From positions 86,747,404 to 86,784,804 of the forward strand of contig NC_068982.1 in NCBI RefSeq assembly GCF_001194135.2: DNA of 37,401 bases. The letters are read 5' to 3'. Under the pieces are notes generated by a model that searched no databases, had not been told where the DNA came from, and worked only from the letters and a program-made list of their open reading frames with translations. How positions within the stretch are numbered: the stretch's first letter is position 1; the number at the start of each line of letters is the position of its first letter. Positions 1 to 12,419 of the stretch are shown piece after piece. Both the position numbers and the translations under genes were made by a program. The stretch is from Octopus bimaculoides. Its lineage: Eukaryota.

Positions 1-35
<35 letters not shown>

Positions 36-179
36 TTGTATGTATATATATATACATACATATATGTATTTATGTATGTATATGTGTATATTAATGTGCA
101 ATTAGTTTCATAAGCCAAAAACAAAGAGGCACTCATATGTTACATAATAAAATTCTTTTATTTTAAACCAACTATCAAA

Positions 180-385
180 CAGGGTGGGCCAAAAGAAATG
201 CACCAAAATATTTGCCATTTTATTTATAGTATGTTTTTATTACTATTCATTTTGTTCATGCATAAATACATGCACATTCATCATTATTATATTTATTTTA
301 TTCAATTTTAGAAAAGTTGAAGCATGTCTTTGACAATTCCGGAGTGTACTGAATTTATTTTGTGCATAACCTTTGGCCCACCCTG
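180..385. mobile_element. Tc1/mariner-type MITE (~206 bp)
   Basis: TIRs CAGGGTGGGCCAAAAG (180) and CTTTGGCCCACCCTG (371-385), followed by TA on the right; AT-rich non-coding interior. Confidence 0.75.
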
Positions 386-454
386 TATTTTATATTATAA
401 CATTTAAATAAAAAGATAAAAAGAACCAGAAAAAGAAAAATAGGAAAAGAAAAT

Positions 455-1430
455 TGAGGGTAAGTGGCTGAAGATGGAGGATGGGGAGGCCATGGTGTGC
501 TTAGCTGTGCCCCATGGTCATGACCGCAGTTGTGTTGCTGTGGAAAAATGGCCTACAACACTGGCTGCAGCAGTCACCCCACCTTCCAAGGCTCGTTTGT
601 CAGATGGGTTTTTATTGGGTTGTCGTTATCTACATTTTGTGAAGGAAAAGTGTGGAGTCCAAGAACACCTGAGGTCTTGATGGCAACTGGCACAAACTGA
701 TAGCTACTCAGGCCCCTGTATTTATTTATTTTTCTCTCTTCTGCATTACAGGCAGCGATACCTGGGTTTGCAGCTGATGCAACAAGGTTGGAGCCAAAGA
801 ACGTGTTGCTGCACATCATGTTGCAGACTAGGTATTTGCCTCCCCTCAATGGGAAGAGGTTATTCTGTCAGGGCACTTACCATCTCTGCAATCAAGACCT
901 ACTGGCTTCAGCTGTGACAGGAAGCCAGCAATGTTGAGGCCTCTTCTAATTATGTCATTCAGAGCGGCGTGTCAGGGGAATTGGCCTGTGTTAAGGATGC
1001 TGGATAATGGATGCAGACCGAATTCATCGACTACTGCTCCACAATGACATTTGTGTGGCTCACACACATGGAAACTGAGGCACTGGGCCACTATGACATG
1101 AGTGCACTCATCATCTAGAAGAGTAATGGTAGATGAGGAGGGCACTGAATTGAACCAAGTAGAACAGAGGCAGGCAATGCTGGTTTAGTTATGCCTCAAT
1201 CTGCTCAAAAGTTGACTTGCATCTGATGTCATCCCAGTTATGTTGGATATCCATATCTGGGAGCCAGCAAAGCCTTCAGAGATCCAACTGGCTAGGGCTG
1301 ACTCCAGTTCCTGGGCCACATCTGGTTCATTCCATAGAGTATCTCATCGATGAGGGTACTACTGTAGGAGACCGAAGAAAGGTAGGCCAATAGAGCCAGT
1401 TTCAAAGTAGAACAGAGACCAAGGCCTCTG
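455..1430 (-). mobile_element. CRE-type non-LTR retrotransposon 3' portion (zinc knuckle + restriction-like endonuclease), degenerate
   Basis: Minus-strand translation WFNSVPSSSTITLLDDECTHVIVAQCLSFHVCEPHKCHCGAVVDEFGLHPLS...[36 protein letters not shown]...AEERKINKYRGLSSYQFVPVAIKTSGVLG matches the CRE C-terminal CxC/HxxC/RHxxxND/RPD/KxxKY pattern; in-frame stops and frameshifts present. Confidence 0.85.
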
Positions 1431-1469
1431 AATCTAATAGGCAGTTTATTAGGCCCTTTTAGGTCAGTT

Positions 1470-2430
1470 CATTTTAATCATGCTGAATCCTTACAGAACA
1501 GTGGTGTTTCTCTGGCATGCATGATAATGCATATATCCCTATCACTAATTTCAGTGTAACCTTTAGCAAAATTTGAGTCCTATACAACAAATCTCTCAAT
1601 GGATAGAAATGGACAGAAATCCACAATATCAAACTGGGTGAAAGTTGCTTACCCTTTGCCACTGTTGCTTTTAAAGTGTGAGATGACCTCATTAATGCTA
1701 TGCCATAGGAAAAGATCAGAGGCTCTCTTTATGTCATCATTTATCCTTCTGAGTAGATGTTTGCTAACCAGACTAATCTCCAACTTCACTGGGTTTATCA
1801 GCAAATTTGGTTTGTGGTCATCAATTGTTACAAAGACATCCTTCTTTATTCTAGATTCTACAGAACAGCTATCTCACTGACCCTATGGTTAATGCTTGAT
1901 CATAGATGCATGATAATACATTAACCATGAGGCCAGAGAGGTTAACTTGTAAGTCTTGTAAGTTTGTATAATACTGTTTGTTACTAGTTGTTTGCGTATT
2001 TCATTACTTAGCCAATATAAATCTCTAGTTTTGTCAGATTCTAATTTGTAAGATTCTGAGAGTCTGCACTAAGTTTATTTTAGAAAGGAGTTGAGGATTT
2101 ATGGAATCTCAGCTTGCATACGAAGACTAAGAGGTCCACTTGGAAGGTTTCTCCTTGAGACTGGTTGGGAATTTTATAGACCTAATTCTCAATCTAGTTC
2201 ATAACCCCTGGGTGGTTGTGCAAATTCTGAACACTTCACAGTCTATACAATCACCTGCAGATGTTTGATCAGCTCTATTATATTTTCCTGTAGCATTCTC
2301 ATGAAGAGCTCACTAGAGAAAGAAGGAATTCTTTTTGAGTATCCAAGATTATATAGATCCATATTTTTCCATTCATCAATGATTTTTAATTTACTTTCCC
2401 ACACCTGGAAGGTGCTTCAACATGAAAATG
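1470..2430 (-). mobile_element. Penelope-like element (PLE) N-terminal/RT fragment, degenerate
   Basis: Minus-strand SDKTRDLYWLS...KDVFVTIDDHKPNLLINPVKLEISLVSKHLLRRINDDIK...TQFDIVDFCP resembles the PLE motifs ADKTxNxY, FITLKDHKxNF..RLINPxKSEIG, FDIVxFYP. Confidence 0.75.
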
Positions 2431-3113
2431 TAGAGTACAATGAATTGGCTGTTATGAGACTAAATTTGTAATACTGTAAAGGAAGTGGAATTGTAATAGA
2501 AAACAAAGCACAGAGAACTGTGGCAGGATATGATCACCTATGTCCTACATTCTGTAAAAGTTTTTTAGTTAAGATTTTTTTAAAAATGAAAGAAAATCAT
2601 TATATAGGGCAATAATGTCTAATCTAATGTATGAATGCTGTAAATACATTATCTTTGTGAACATGACACCAACTGAACACTTGTTGATATGTTTGTTGGG
2701 AACAGAAGTTTTCTCAATGTTTGTCTTTCATGTAATGCTACGTACCTTCCAAATGGTATTTGTGTGCAACAATGTTTCACCTACTGAATGAAGAGTGTGG
2801 TTAACGGCTGACTATAAAGTGAGATGAAATAAAATAAAGCTATGTCCTTTGATTTTGTTATCAGACATTTTATAAACTAGTATTGAAAAATCACCCAAAC
2901 ATTCAGCTTAGAGGTAGGCGGAGTGAAAGAAAATGGAACCATTGCTTACCAAATATGAAGATACTGTGTTTTGGATATTTTGAATAAGTTTTAAGTTACA
3001 GAGATATAAGTAACTTCAAAATAATTTGAAATGTGACAGCATTCTAAAATTGTTATAAAGATTTATAGTGCAGGGATAATAACTTAAGTAGTTGTGACAG
3101 AGATTTACACCAG

Positions 3114-3494
3114 TCAAGATAGCCTTGGTTTTCTTCCAGAGCTTTGTTTCGACAAGGAGGTTTTTCCCTCTTTCTCAAAAGCTGTCATTACTTTCGAGAT
3201 AGACCTTCTTGATAAACCAAACATTTTGGCTATTTTTGTTACACTAGAACCTGCCATACGAGCACCAACAATTTGACCTCTTTGAAAGATTGATAGATCT
3301 GTCATTTTAATGAATTTTAATTACCTTTTTCTGATGATACCTGAAAAGAAACAGCAATTTTAGCAAAACATATTAAGCAACACTAATAATAAATCAAAAA
3401 ACATAAAAATAGACAAGCTTTTGATGGTTTTATAGATGTTTCAAAATGATGATGCTATGATCCTAGGTGTTTCCATTATTTTGTCCAACTCCTG
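3114..3494 (-). mobile_element. Tc1-like DNA transposon, 5' end only (TIR + N-terminal HTH of transposase)
   Basis: ORF 3305-3114 MTDLSIFQRGQIVGARMAGSSVTKIAKMFGLSRRSISKVMTAFEKEGKT...GRKPRLS is a typical Tc1 paired-like HTH; TIR CAGGAGTTGGACAAAATAATGGAAACACC ends at 3494; no DDE domain or second TIR seen. Confidence 0.85.
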
Positions 3495-3720
3495 TGTATG
3501 TATATATATATATGTATGTATATGTATGTATATATATATGGGAGAATTTACAAAAAAAAACAACAACAGATGAGGACAGGTCATGTAAACAACAAAAAGA
3601 TGTATTAGTTTAATGCTCAGGAATAGAGAAAGTCTTTAACGTTTCGAGCTACGCTCTTCAACAGAAAGAAATAAGGAGAAAAACAAGGAGAAAAAAATTT
3701 TAAATGTAGTGGTCAGTGAT

Positions 3721-3796
<76 letters not shown>

Positions 3797-4002
3797 AGTA
3801 AGCACATAAATGTGAAACGAGGTGAAAAAAAAGTACTCAAATACTGAAGGTAGAATAATATGTTTTTTTATGAAAGCTGTGATCAAGACTGCTTGATCAC
3901 AACTGTCTGACGAACAAGGACAACGTGAAACTCAGTCACAGTTTTTGTGATATTTTTGCAGCTTTAATAAAAAAGTATATATGTACATCTATCTATATAT
4001 AT

Positions 4003-4430
4003 ATCATCATCATCATTTAACATCCGCTTTCCATGCTGGTATGGGTTAGATGGTTTGACAGGAACTAGTAAGCCAGAGAGCAGCACCAAGTTCCAGTCTG
4101 AATTTGGGTTGGTTTCTATGGCTGGATGCCCATCCTAATGCCAACCACTCTGAGAAGGTAGTGAGTTCTTTTTGTGTGTCACTGGCATGGGTACTTTTAC
4201 GTATCACCGGCGCAGGTGCTTTTACATGTCACTGGCATGGATGCTGTTACATATCATCAGGTACATATCATCTGGTTACTTGTCATTGGTACAGATGCTG
4301 TTACATATCATCAGCACTATCCACAAATATTATTTCATTTGGCTTGATGAGTCTTCTCAAGCACAGCAAATTGCCAAAAGTCATGATCACTTGTCATCAC
4401 CTCTGTGAGACCCCACACTTGAAGATCATG
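4003..4430 (-). mobile_element. SINE-like repeat with (GAT)n tail (family B)
   Basis: catcatcatttaacatccgctttccatgctgg...ggctggatgcccatcctaatgccaacc; related copies at ~11420-11650, 13660-13860, 20040-20510, 21085-21310, 23860-24100; internal ~30-bp tandem duplications. Confidence 0.7.
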
Positions 4431-4915
4431 CTTCATCACCTTGTTCCATGTCTTCATCACTTCGTCCTCCTTCTTCCACTGATTCCCTCCACAATTAGAG
4501 ATCGGCATCTCTTTACACAGCTGTCTTCATCCATACTCATCACATAACCATACCAGTGCAGTCATCTCTCTTGCACACCACATCTGATACCTCTTATGCC
4601 CAATTTTTCTCTCAAGGTGCTTATATTCTGTCATACATGATATTGCACATCCAACGAAGCATACTAGCTTCATTTCTTTCAAGCATTTGCATGTCATCTG
4701 CAGTCACAGCCCATATTTCACTGCTGTGTAACATGGCTGTTTGCACACAGGCATCATACAATCTACTTTTCACTTTGAGGGAGAGGCCCTTTGTTGTCAG
4801 CAAAGGTAGGAGCTCTCTGAACTTTGCCCAGCTTGTTCTTATTCTAATAACTACTTCTCTCAGAGACGGTCTTGTCAAACTGGTAGAATGCTGTGGGCAC
4901 CTGGTAATATTCTAG
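4430..4915 (-). mobile_element. RTE-clade LINE 3' RT fragment
   Basis: RIRTSWAKFRELLPLLTTKGLSLKVKSRLYDACVQTAMLHSSEIWAV...ERNEASMLRWMC; same family as 19516-19947. Confidence 0.85.
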
Positions 4916-6533
4916 ATGCCAAAAGCCTAACAACAGTCTATGATTACAGCTTGGAAAAAAAGATGACCTACTGAAAAACATGTCTTATGAAAGACGCTCA
5001 CATCAATTTACCCTCATTTTCGTAGTTGTCGTCACCGACGCAGTGGTCAATATTTTCTTCACAGGTGCATTCTGAGTCTACTGTGGAGCTGTTGCTGGTA
5101 GCTGATGGATTTTCTGAATAACAGAACCTGTTCCTTCTACAAATAACAGAAAAACATTTGCTCCAGTCTGATTAAATGTATCTTGGGACAAAATATGACA
5201 GACAAGTGGTATTACACTACCGAAGAAATTAGCTACTTTTGCTCAACCTTTCAAGAACAGCTTCATCTCAGTTCATTTCTGAGTGAGATTTGATTACCTT
5301 GGTTCAAACCAGACACCAAGTAACTTCACCAGGCCTTTCAGAGACAGAAATCACCACTGGTCAACATTGGTTTGCTTCTCCCAGTGCTTAGTTGCAAGCA
5401 CACTGACTTGTCCCAGTTTATGTGTGCTCCTGTACAAACCTGGAACTCTTTTTAGTACAGTCAATTGCTTCTGTATCTGAAGTGTTCGACATTATGACAG
5501 TGATGTCAGTGAATACTAATATGACTCTCCAAAGACTTGGTTTGAGTGGGATATCCCTTCAGAATCTCCAATTTCCATTGTAAAGACATCAGAGCCAAAA
5601 GATACAGAAAAATGGAGAAGAAGCATTCTTGATGACCCAAGTATTCACGCTAAACGGTTTCAACTGGTAGTCATTTAATTTGACAACTGAACAGATGTGA
5701 CGATTAAGCCTCTGAAGACAGGACTGAAGGTGACAGCTGCTAGGGGGCAAATGGTCCACCTTGTTGAATGCTTTGGATCATCCCAAAGTAACCAGTGCCC
5801 GCGAAAGCCAAATCTATTTCCAGCTCATTCTACAATATTTTGCATGAGGTTGTTGTGGATAGATCTTCTGAGGATAGCACAGAATTGTACATTTCAGACA
5901 ACATCACTGACAACTTGTGCCAACCTGTTGGTAAGCACTTTTAGCTTAAATTCTTAAGTCTATGTTGAATAAATTTTCTATCATGTCCCTCTTGTTCGGA
6001 CCCTTCTTTAGCAATAAAAACAACAATAAAATGCAGCTGATTATGATGACACACTTCAAAGAAGTAGTTTAATGAAAATGTAGATTTTTATTAGATCAGA
6101 GCTAATAATATACATGAAGTAACACTATAGGAATTTTTTCACTAAATATGTGAGTTTGGTAAGATCATCATACTAGTTGCATTCTCATAGTATAGCCATT
6201 TAAAGTATTAGTGAAGAAACAAAGATTTGCACTTGTCATTCAACGAATCCCTTGCTATGCACATGGTGACAAATGCATCTGTATGGTCTCGATTGCTATG
6301 GGTTGAAACTCACAGTGCATTGCTGATTGGCCATATAAGATATTTTATCATTCTACCTGTGTAGATGAGGGAGAGCCTTAAATTCTAGTTAATAGTGGAA
6401 CCTCTAAAAAGATAAATTAATAGTGATAAAAGAATACAATAAATTGTATAGAACTAAAATGTAAAGAAGTTAATTTGATGCTTGACATCAAAATCAACCC
6501 TGATCAAGCAGACCGACAACCACACCTTAACAA

Positions 6534-7670
6534 TAGGAATCCCTTGCTCTATGGAAGTAATGCTTTCCTGAAAATCTGACCGTAACGTGAAATTCCGTAA
6601 TGTGAAATTAATTTTGTTATTGATTTTCAAGTGATTGCATTTGAGAAATAAAAAGCACAAGAAAACAACAGAGAACAAGCAACACAATCACCTTTATACA
6701 TGAAAATAACTATTTATAAACATATTCAGTACAATAGATACACAAAAACTCTAAAAACATTTGAAGAGAAATAAGTTAGAGTATCGTAATATCGTAAGAG
6801 TACATTCTTCACACGAAAAAGGTTGACTACTGTGAGAGGGGTGGTGATGGAATGAGAGTTACTAGGGAGATGAGGGACAATATTTACTATCTTATTGTTC
6901 ATTACCATGAACATCAACTTGAGGGGTGAAGAACTTATCCAAAGTAGTTTGTTGTTTATGACACATCATCTCTTTGCACAGCTCGATACAGGAACTGAGC
7001 TCATTGTAAACTCCTCTAGTAATTTTTATGTTATGTTCATGATTAAGATCATTATCAGCAAAAACCTGCAGAACATCCTCTATAAGTGCCAAACCTTTAA
7101 TAACAATTTTTTTGGAGCCAATTTAAGTGGGGTAGGTGGAACTTCTGTTATCTCATCTGTATTTTCAGCTTGTTCTTTTTTCCAGCACCAGCTCCTTGTT
7201 AGATAAACTTTCTCTCTGGGACTCTAACATCTCAGTTACTTCATCTTCTATGACTTCTTCGAATCCAAAATCCGTTGCAAACGTCACAATATCTTTCCGA
7301 ATTCAATGTAGACATTCTGCTTGAGGAAAACTTGTAATGTCACGGATACAATCTGGCCATTTACTTTTCAACCTACGACTCACTTATATTATCTCCAGCA
7401 TCCATTATGTTGAATTTCTTCCAGAAATATCTAACTGTGGGTTTATACTCCTTGTCAATTGCTTTCATAAGTTGTTTGAAAGTCATATGCCTTGAAGTTA
7501 GCTATCACAGCTTGATCCATTGGCTGGAGCAAAGTTGTATTCTTGGGGTTATATTCTACTCTCACATTATCAGAAAGTTCATTTAGGTTCACAGGGTGAC
7601 TCGGTACATTGTCTAAAAGAAGGTTCACCAGATTTTATAGACAATTCTTGCCTTGCATTTCTGACATAAA
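6534..7670 (-). mobile_element. pogo/Tigger DNA transposon, DDE and C-terminal remnant
   Basis: Minus-strand LLLDNVPSHPVNLNELSDNVRVEYNPKNTTLLQPMDQAVIANFKAY...FWKKFNIMDA...KQQTTLDKFF are pogo/Tigger signature motifs; TIR-like TAGGAATCCCTTGCTCTATGG at 6534. Confidence 0.85.
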
Positions 7671-8112
7671 ACCTAATCACACACACACACGTGTGGGGAT
7701 ACATGTTCATATCTGTTGTAGCTAGTTGGATTCAAAAGTTAATGAGTTGATAATGGTAACGATGTTGGTTGCATTGGTTAGTAACAATGGGCGAGTATTG
7801 TTGATACTATAGTGGCTATATTGTTCTTGCTAATTGTATTGTTGTGGTTAAGTCTCGAGTCAATCAGCTTAGATCTAAGATCAAAGACCTTTCATTCAAC
7901 TTTTAAATAGGATACCACATTATATGTTTTTTGTTTGAAATGTTGTTTATCTACTGTATACTATATATTACTGTTGCAGTTGGTGGTTATGTTCTGGTTG
8001 ATGATAGGAACTCGCACGCACACACACACACACACACACACACATGATGATGATGGCCGTCCACTCGTGAACATTTCCGACCTTCAGGAACATTGTGTGC
8101 TCTAGGACTAAC

Positions 8113-8370
8113 TTATATTTTGCATTTGCGGCTTTGTTGGTGGCTAATGAGCCCTGCTTTTGACAAGCATACACGACTGCAAACATTGCAGACCAAGCTT
8201 TCCCCATTCACTATACGAGCTGTGCGCTTTCGCGCAGCTCGCTTAAGTTCTTCATGCTGGATACGCGCTCTCTCAAAAGTGTCGATCCCCTCCTTAACCT
8301 GCTTCCTCCATCCATGGCGATGACAGGCATTGTTCTCCCAGTCAGTGTCTTGCATATCACAGGCCACATA
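8113..8370 (-). mobile_element. RTE-clade LINE 3' end with C-terminal zinc-finger-like motif
   Basis: DTDWENNACHRHGWRKQVKEGIDTFERARIQHEELKRAARK...CNVCSRVCLSKAGLISHQ; related to the element at 34440-35720. Confidence 0.75.
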
Positions 8371-8394
8371 CATACATACATACATACATACATA

Positions 8395-8635
8395 TGCATA
8401 TGTGTGTCTTTGTGTCTGTGTTTCCCCCACACACGCACACATACATCGCTTGACAGCCGATGTTAGTGTGTTTACGTCCCCGTAACTTAGCGGTTCGGCA
8501 AAAAATAGCCCTATAGGATAAGTACCAGGCTTACAAAGAATAAGTCCTGAGGTCGATTTCTTTAACTGCAAGGTGGTCTTCCAGCATGGCCGCAGTCAAA
8601 TGACTGAAACAAGTAAAGGAATAAAAGAATATATT
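8395..8635 (+). mobile_element. tRNA-derived SINE (family A), 3' half
   Basis: tgtttacgtccccgtaacttagcggttcggcaaaa...aagaataagtcctgaggtcgattt...cagtcaaatgactgaaacaagtaaagg; collinear with the full copy at 29512. Confidence 0.85.
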
Positions 8636-8879
8636 TCTATATGTATTCACATTATGTACTTTATATATACATGTGTGTATGCGTGTGTATGTATGTGTGT
8701 AACGTGTTGATAGTTTTCGAAATCGTTAACTATATACTGATCTTAACTAAAACGCAAGTGATCATTGAGCTTAGAAGAAAGTGGTTTTAAATTGTTAACA
8801 ATTTAAGAAATATGCAATAAGGATTTCCGTAATAGCAAAATTACAGACCATACCCTGAAATTAATTGTCATACTTTACA

Positions 8880-8936
8880 ATTTCAGTATGCGTGAAATTC
8901 TGTAAATTGAGGTGGTCGTAACGCAGAGGATACCTG
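8880..8936 (-). mobile_element. Tigger-like terminal inverted repeat, possibly the 5' end of the 6534-7670 element
   Basis: Minus strand TA-CAGGTATCCTCTGCGTTACGACCACCTCAATTTAC; partial similarity to the TIR-like sequence at 6534. Confidence 0.5.
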
Positions 8937-9495
8937 TATTTAATATTTGTATATATCTACGATCAATATGTACTACCACTCTTAAACGGTAGGGTTTGAA
9001 CTGGGGTTAACTTAGCTGCTATTTCTAGAAGGTTTATATAACTAACAGAAATCGAAAATATCGGTATAAGGCCTCATGCAGTTTCAGTTAATATTATTCT
9101 ATTTTAATTGCCACTTCGAGATTATTACATTTAGTTGATCATCGTCACTTTTTAAATGATATGAAGGTAATATTAATTTATGATATAATTACATATTGAA
9201 ATCGACCAGTACGGATTTCCCTGCCACCCGTTTCTGATCGATCAATACAGCTGGAGTGTAACTAGAGGAATTTCCTATATAATTTCTTGAATAATAATGA
9301 TGTAACAGGCAAGTGGGAAAAAATGGAAGAATCTTAGAATCACTGGGAAAGATTTTCGGAAGACAGATGGAAGGAATAAAAACAAACGTTATTCGAAATA
9401 GCTGCTTTATTAGAATGATGCAGTTTTCCAATGTTCTATTTTTGATATACTAACGTGGTTTGCCCACTAATTTTCAATCGAGCATTAATTCAAAG

Positions 9496-9496
<1 letters not shown>

Positions 9497-9547
<51 letters not shown>

Positions 9548-9850
9548 CACCTGTTCAATGATACCTGGAACTAGATTCTCTCTCTCTCTCTCTCTCTCTC
9601 TCTAATCAATGTATGTTGGATGTATTCGTTCGTGTATATACGTTTGCGTTATAGACGACATATGTTGATATCTCTGATAATTATAAGGGATAAAATGAAT
9701 TTTAATAAATTGAATCTTCACAATTTCTGAATAACAATCTCAATCACTATTAGCATGTTACAAATATGTTAGTGTTTTCACAAATATTAATGCAGCTCAG
9801 AGAATCAGAAGACGCACAATACAACAGAGAGAGAGAGAGAGAGAGAGATT
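9497..9850. repeat. Microsatellites (AAT)n, (CT)n, (GA)n
   Basis: Directly visible at ~9497-9543, ~9577-9602, ~9826-9848. Confidence 0.95.
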
Positions 9851-10140
9851 ATTACGAGAAATAAAAACAATAGCAATAATTAAATTCAACAAAATGTAGT
9901 GAACTGCTAATTTTTAATCTACCACCCACCTACATCATTCTTCCCCACCTCTCTCTTTCTCTGTGTTTATCAATGTCTATCCCCTTTCTATATCTACAAT
10001 ATTGTCACACCCACACATAAACTTCGGTAGCGTTTTAAAGAAAAACCAGNNNNNNNNNNNNNNNNNNNNNNNNNNNNNNNNNNNNNNNNNNNNNNNNNNN
10101 NNNNNNNNNNNNNNNNNNNNNNNNNNNNNNNNNNNNNNNN

Positions 10141-10350
10141 AGTCAAACACAAACGATGTCGCGCACTCACGCATTGAATAATATTGCGGGGGCGTTATAT
10201 TCTCTCTTTCAAAAGCTGGCTGCCGTGTAATTTATTCAGAACTTGTCAAGTCAGCGGGTACTTAGAGATGATTTGTGATATTTAAGACTTTTCTCATAGT
10301 TTAAATTCTCAGGGAATTTCTAAGCCAGCATTCACAATTTGGATATCGCC
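10141..10350 (+). promoter_or_regulatory. Candidate promoter/5'UTR region, CpG-retaining unique sequence
   Basis: Non-repetitive, several CpGs (gatgtcgcgcactcacgc, gcgggggcg, gccgtg, gcggg) in a CpG-poor background, directly upstream of the candidate ATG; upstream part hidden by the N gap. Confidence 0.35.
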
Positions 10351-10360
10351 ATGGACGAAG
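10351..10360 (+). CDS. Candidate first coding exon segment (M-D-E + phase-1 intron) of an unidentified gene
   Basis: GCC ATG G Kozak-like context, in-frame TAA at 10321-10323, canonical AAG|GTAAGA donor at 10361; possible acceptor TTCTCAG|G at 10312; no downstream exon identified. Confidence 0.45.
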
Positions 10361-10703
10361 GTAAGAAAACATTATTTCTTCTTTTAAAATCTCCGTAATT
10401 TCTTCACTAAATGTAATACAGGCATTCGAATATAAACATATTCACACATCTAAAACAAAAAACAAAAAACACAACAACACATACACAAAAAACAAAACAA
10501 AACAAGAAAACAATACTGTCACACAATTACAGAAATATACTTATTGAACAGTTACTGTTTTGAAAACGAGCAGCAAATATCAAGTCCACAGGAAAGACAT
10601 CTGAACGCATTTACGCAAACAATAAATATGTTCTCTCAGCCGCTCATACGCGCGCTCACATATACACTCACACACCGATGATTGTATGTGAATAATATAT
10701 ATA

Positions 10704-10774
<71 letters not shown>

Positions 10775-11071
10775 NNNNNNNNNNNNNNNNNNNNNNNNNN
10801 NNNNNNNNNNNNNNNNNNNNNNNNNNNNNNNNNNNNNNNNNNNNNNNNNNNNNNNNNNNNNNNNNNNNNNNNNNNNNNNNNNNNNNNNNNNNNNNNNNNN
10901 NNNNNNNNNNNNNNNNNNNNNNNNNNNNNNNNNNNNNNNNNNNNNNNNNNNNNNNNNNNNNNNNNNNNNNNNNNNNNNNNNNNNNNNNNNNNNNNNNNNN
11001 NNNNNNNNNNNNNNNNNNNNNNNNNNNNNNNNNNNNNNNNNNNNNNNNNNNNNNNNNNNNNNNNNNCATAT

Positions 11072-11107
<36 letters not shown>

Positions 11108-11134
11108 CATATAGATAGATAGATAGATACTATA

Positions 11135-11170
<36 letters not shown>

Positions 11171-12419
11171 CTCGTGTTATATGGATACACATAAATGTGT
11201 GTATATATATATGTTTTTGCATATTTGTATATGTATTATATATATATATAAATTCACATATGTATATATATAAATATATATAAATTCACATATGTATATA
11301 TATAAATATACATAAATATATGATATATATAATTATATATAATGTATATATGTATCTATCTATCTGGTTGAATGTATTTATATACATGTGTGTATGTATG
11401 TGTGTGTACATATGTATGCATATGATCGTTACTATTGTCATCCTTATCAATTTAATGTCCACTTTACCATGTTGGCATGGGTCAGATGGCACTACTTGAG
11501 GCAGATTTTCAATGGCCAGATGCCCTTTCTGCTACCAGCTCTCATCTGCTTCTCAGCAAGATGTTTCCCTGTTTTTTAGTGGAAGATTGGAAACAAATGA
11601 CACCACTCTTACGATGGTGACACTTGTTAACAACTATCACGCAATGTCAAAACAAGAAATGTATGTGTGTGTATATATATATATATATAAATACTTGACA
11701 GATTTCTAGCTTCCATCTCCAAGATCCACTTAAAAGGCTTTGGTTGGTCCTGGGCTATAATAAAAGACACTCGATGAAGGTGCCATGCAGTGAAACTGAT
11801 CCCAGAACCACATGGTTCGGAAGTGAACTTCTTAATCTCCCTGGCATATCTATCTATCTATCTATCTATCTATTTATCTATCTATCTATTTATCTATCTA
11901 TCTCCATACAAACACATCAGTATATCTATCAACTTATATGTGTGTGTGTGCGCGTGTGTATTTACAAGTATATCTATAGATGTTTGCCTATATTGTATGT
12001 ATTTATTATATTTATCTAACAATCTCTTTCATTCTCTCATTCTCTCTCTCTACTCTTTCTCTCGATATATACAGGGAGAGAGGAGAGAGAGAGAGAGAAA
12101 GGGTAGAGAGGGAGAAAGAGTATATATNNNNNNNNNNNNNNNNNNNNNNNNNNNNNNNNNNNNNNNNNNNNNNNNNNNNNNNNNNNNNNNNNNNNNNNNN
12201 NNNNNNNNNNNNNNNNNNNNNNNNNNNNNNNNNNNNNNNNNNNNNNNNNNNNNNNNNNNNNNNNNNNNNNNNNNNNNNNNNNNNNNNNNNNNNNNNNNNN
12301 NNNNNNNNNNNNNNNNNNNNNNNNNNNNNNNNNNNNNNNNNNNNNNNNNNNNNNNNNNNNNNNNNNNNNNNNNNNNNNNNTATATATATATATATATGTT
12401 GCTGCTTTTAATGTGAGCA

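Noticed and set aside
8113-8571. 152-aa ORF as a gene
   Set aside because: Chimera of an antisense SINE, a (TACA)n microsatellite and an RTE 3' end.
9189-9431. 80-aa minus-strand ORF as a divergent gene next to the candidate promoter
   Set aside because: Starts at TTG, no recognisable domain and no convincing exon chain; a bidirectional promoter cannot be excluded.
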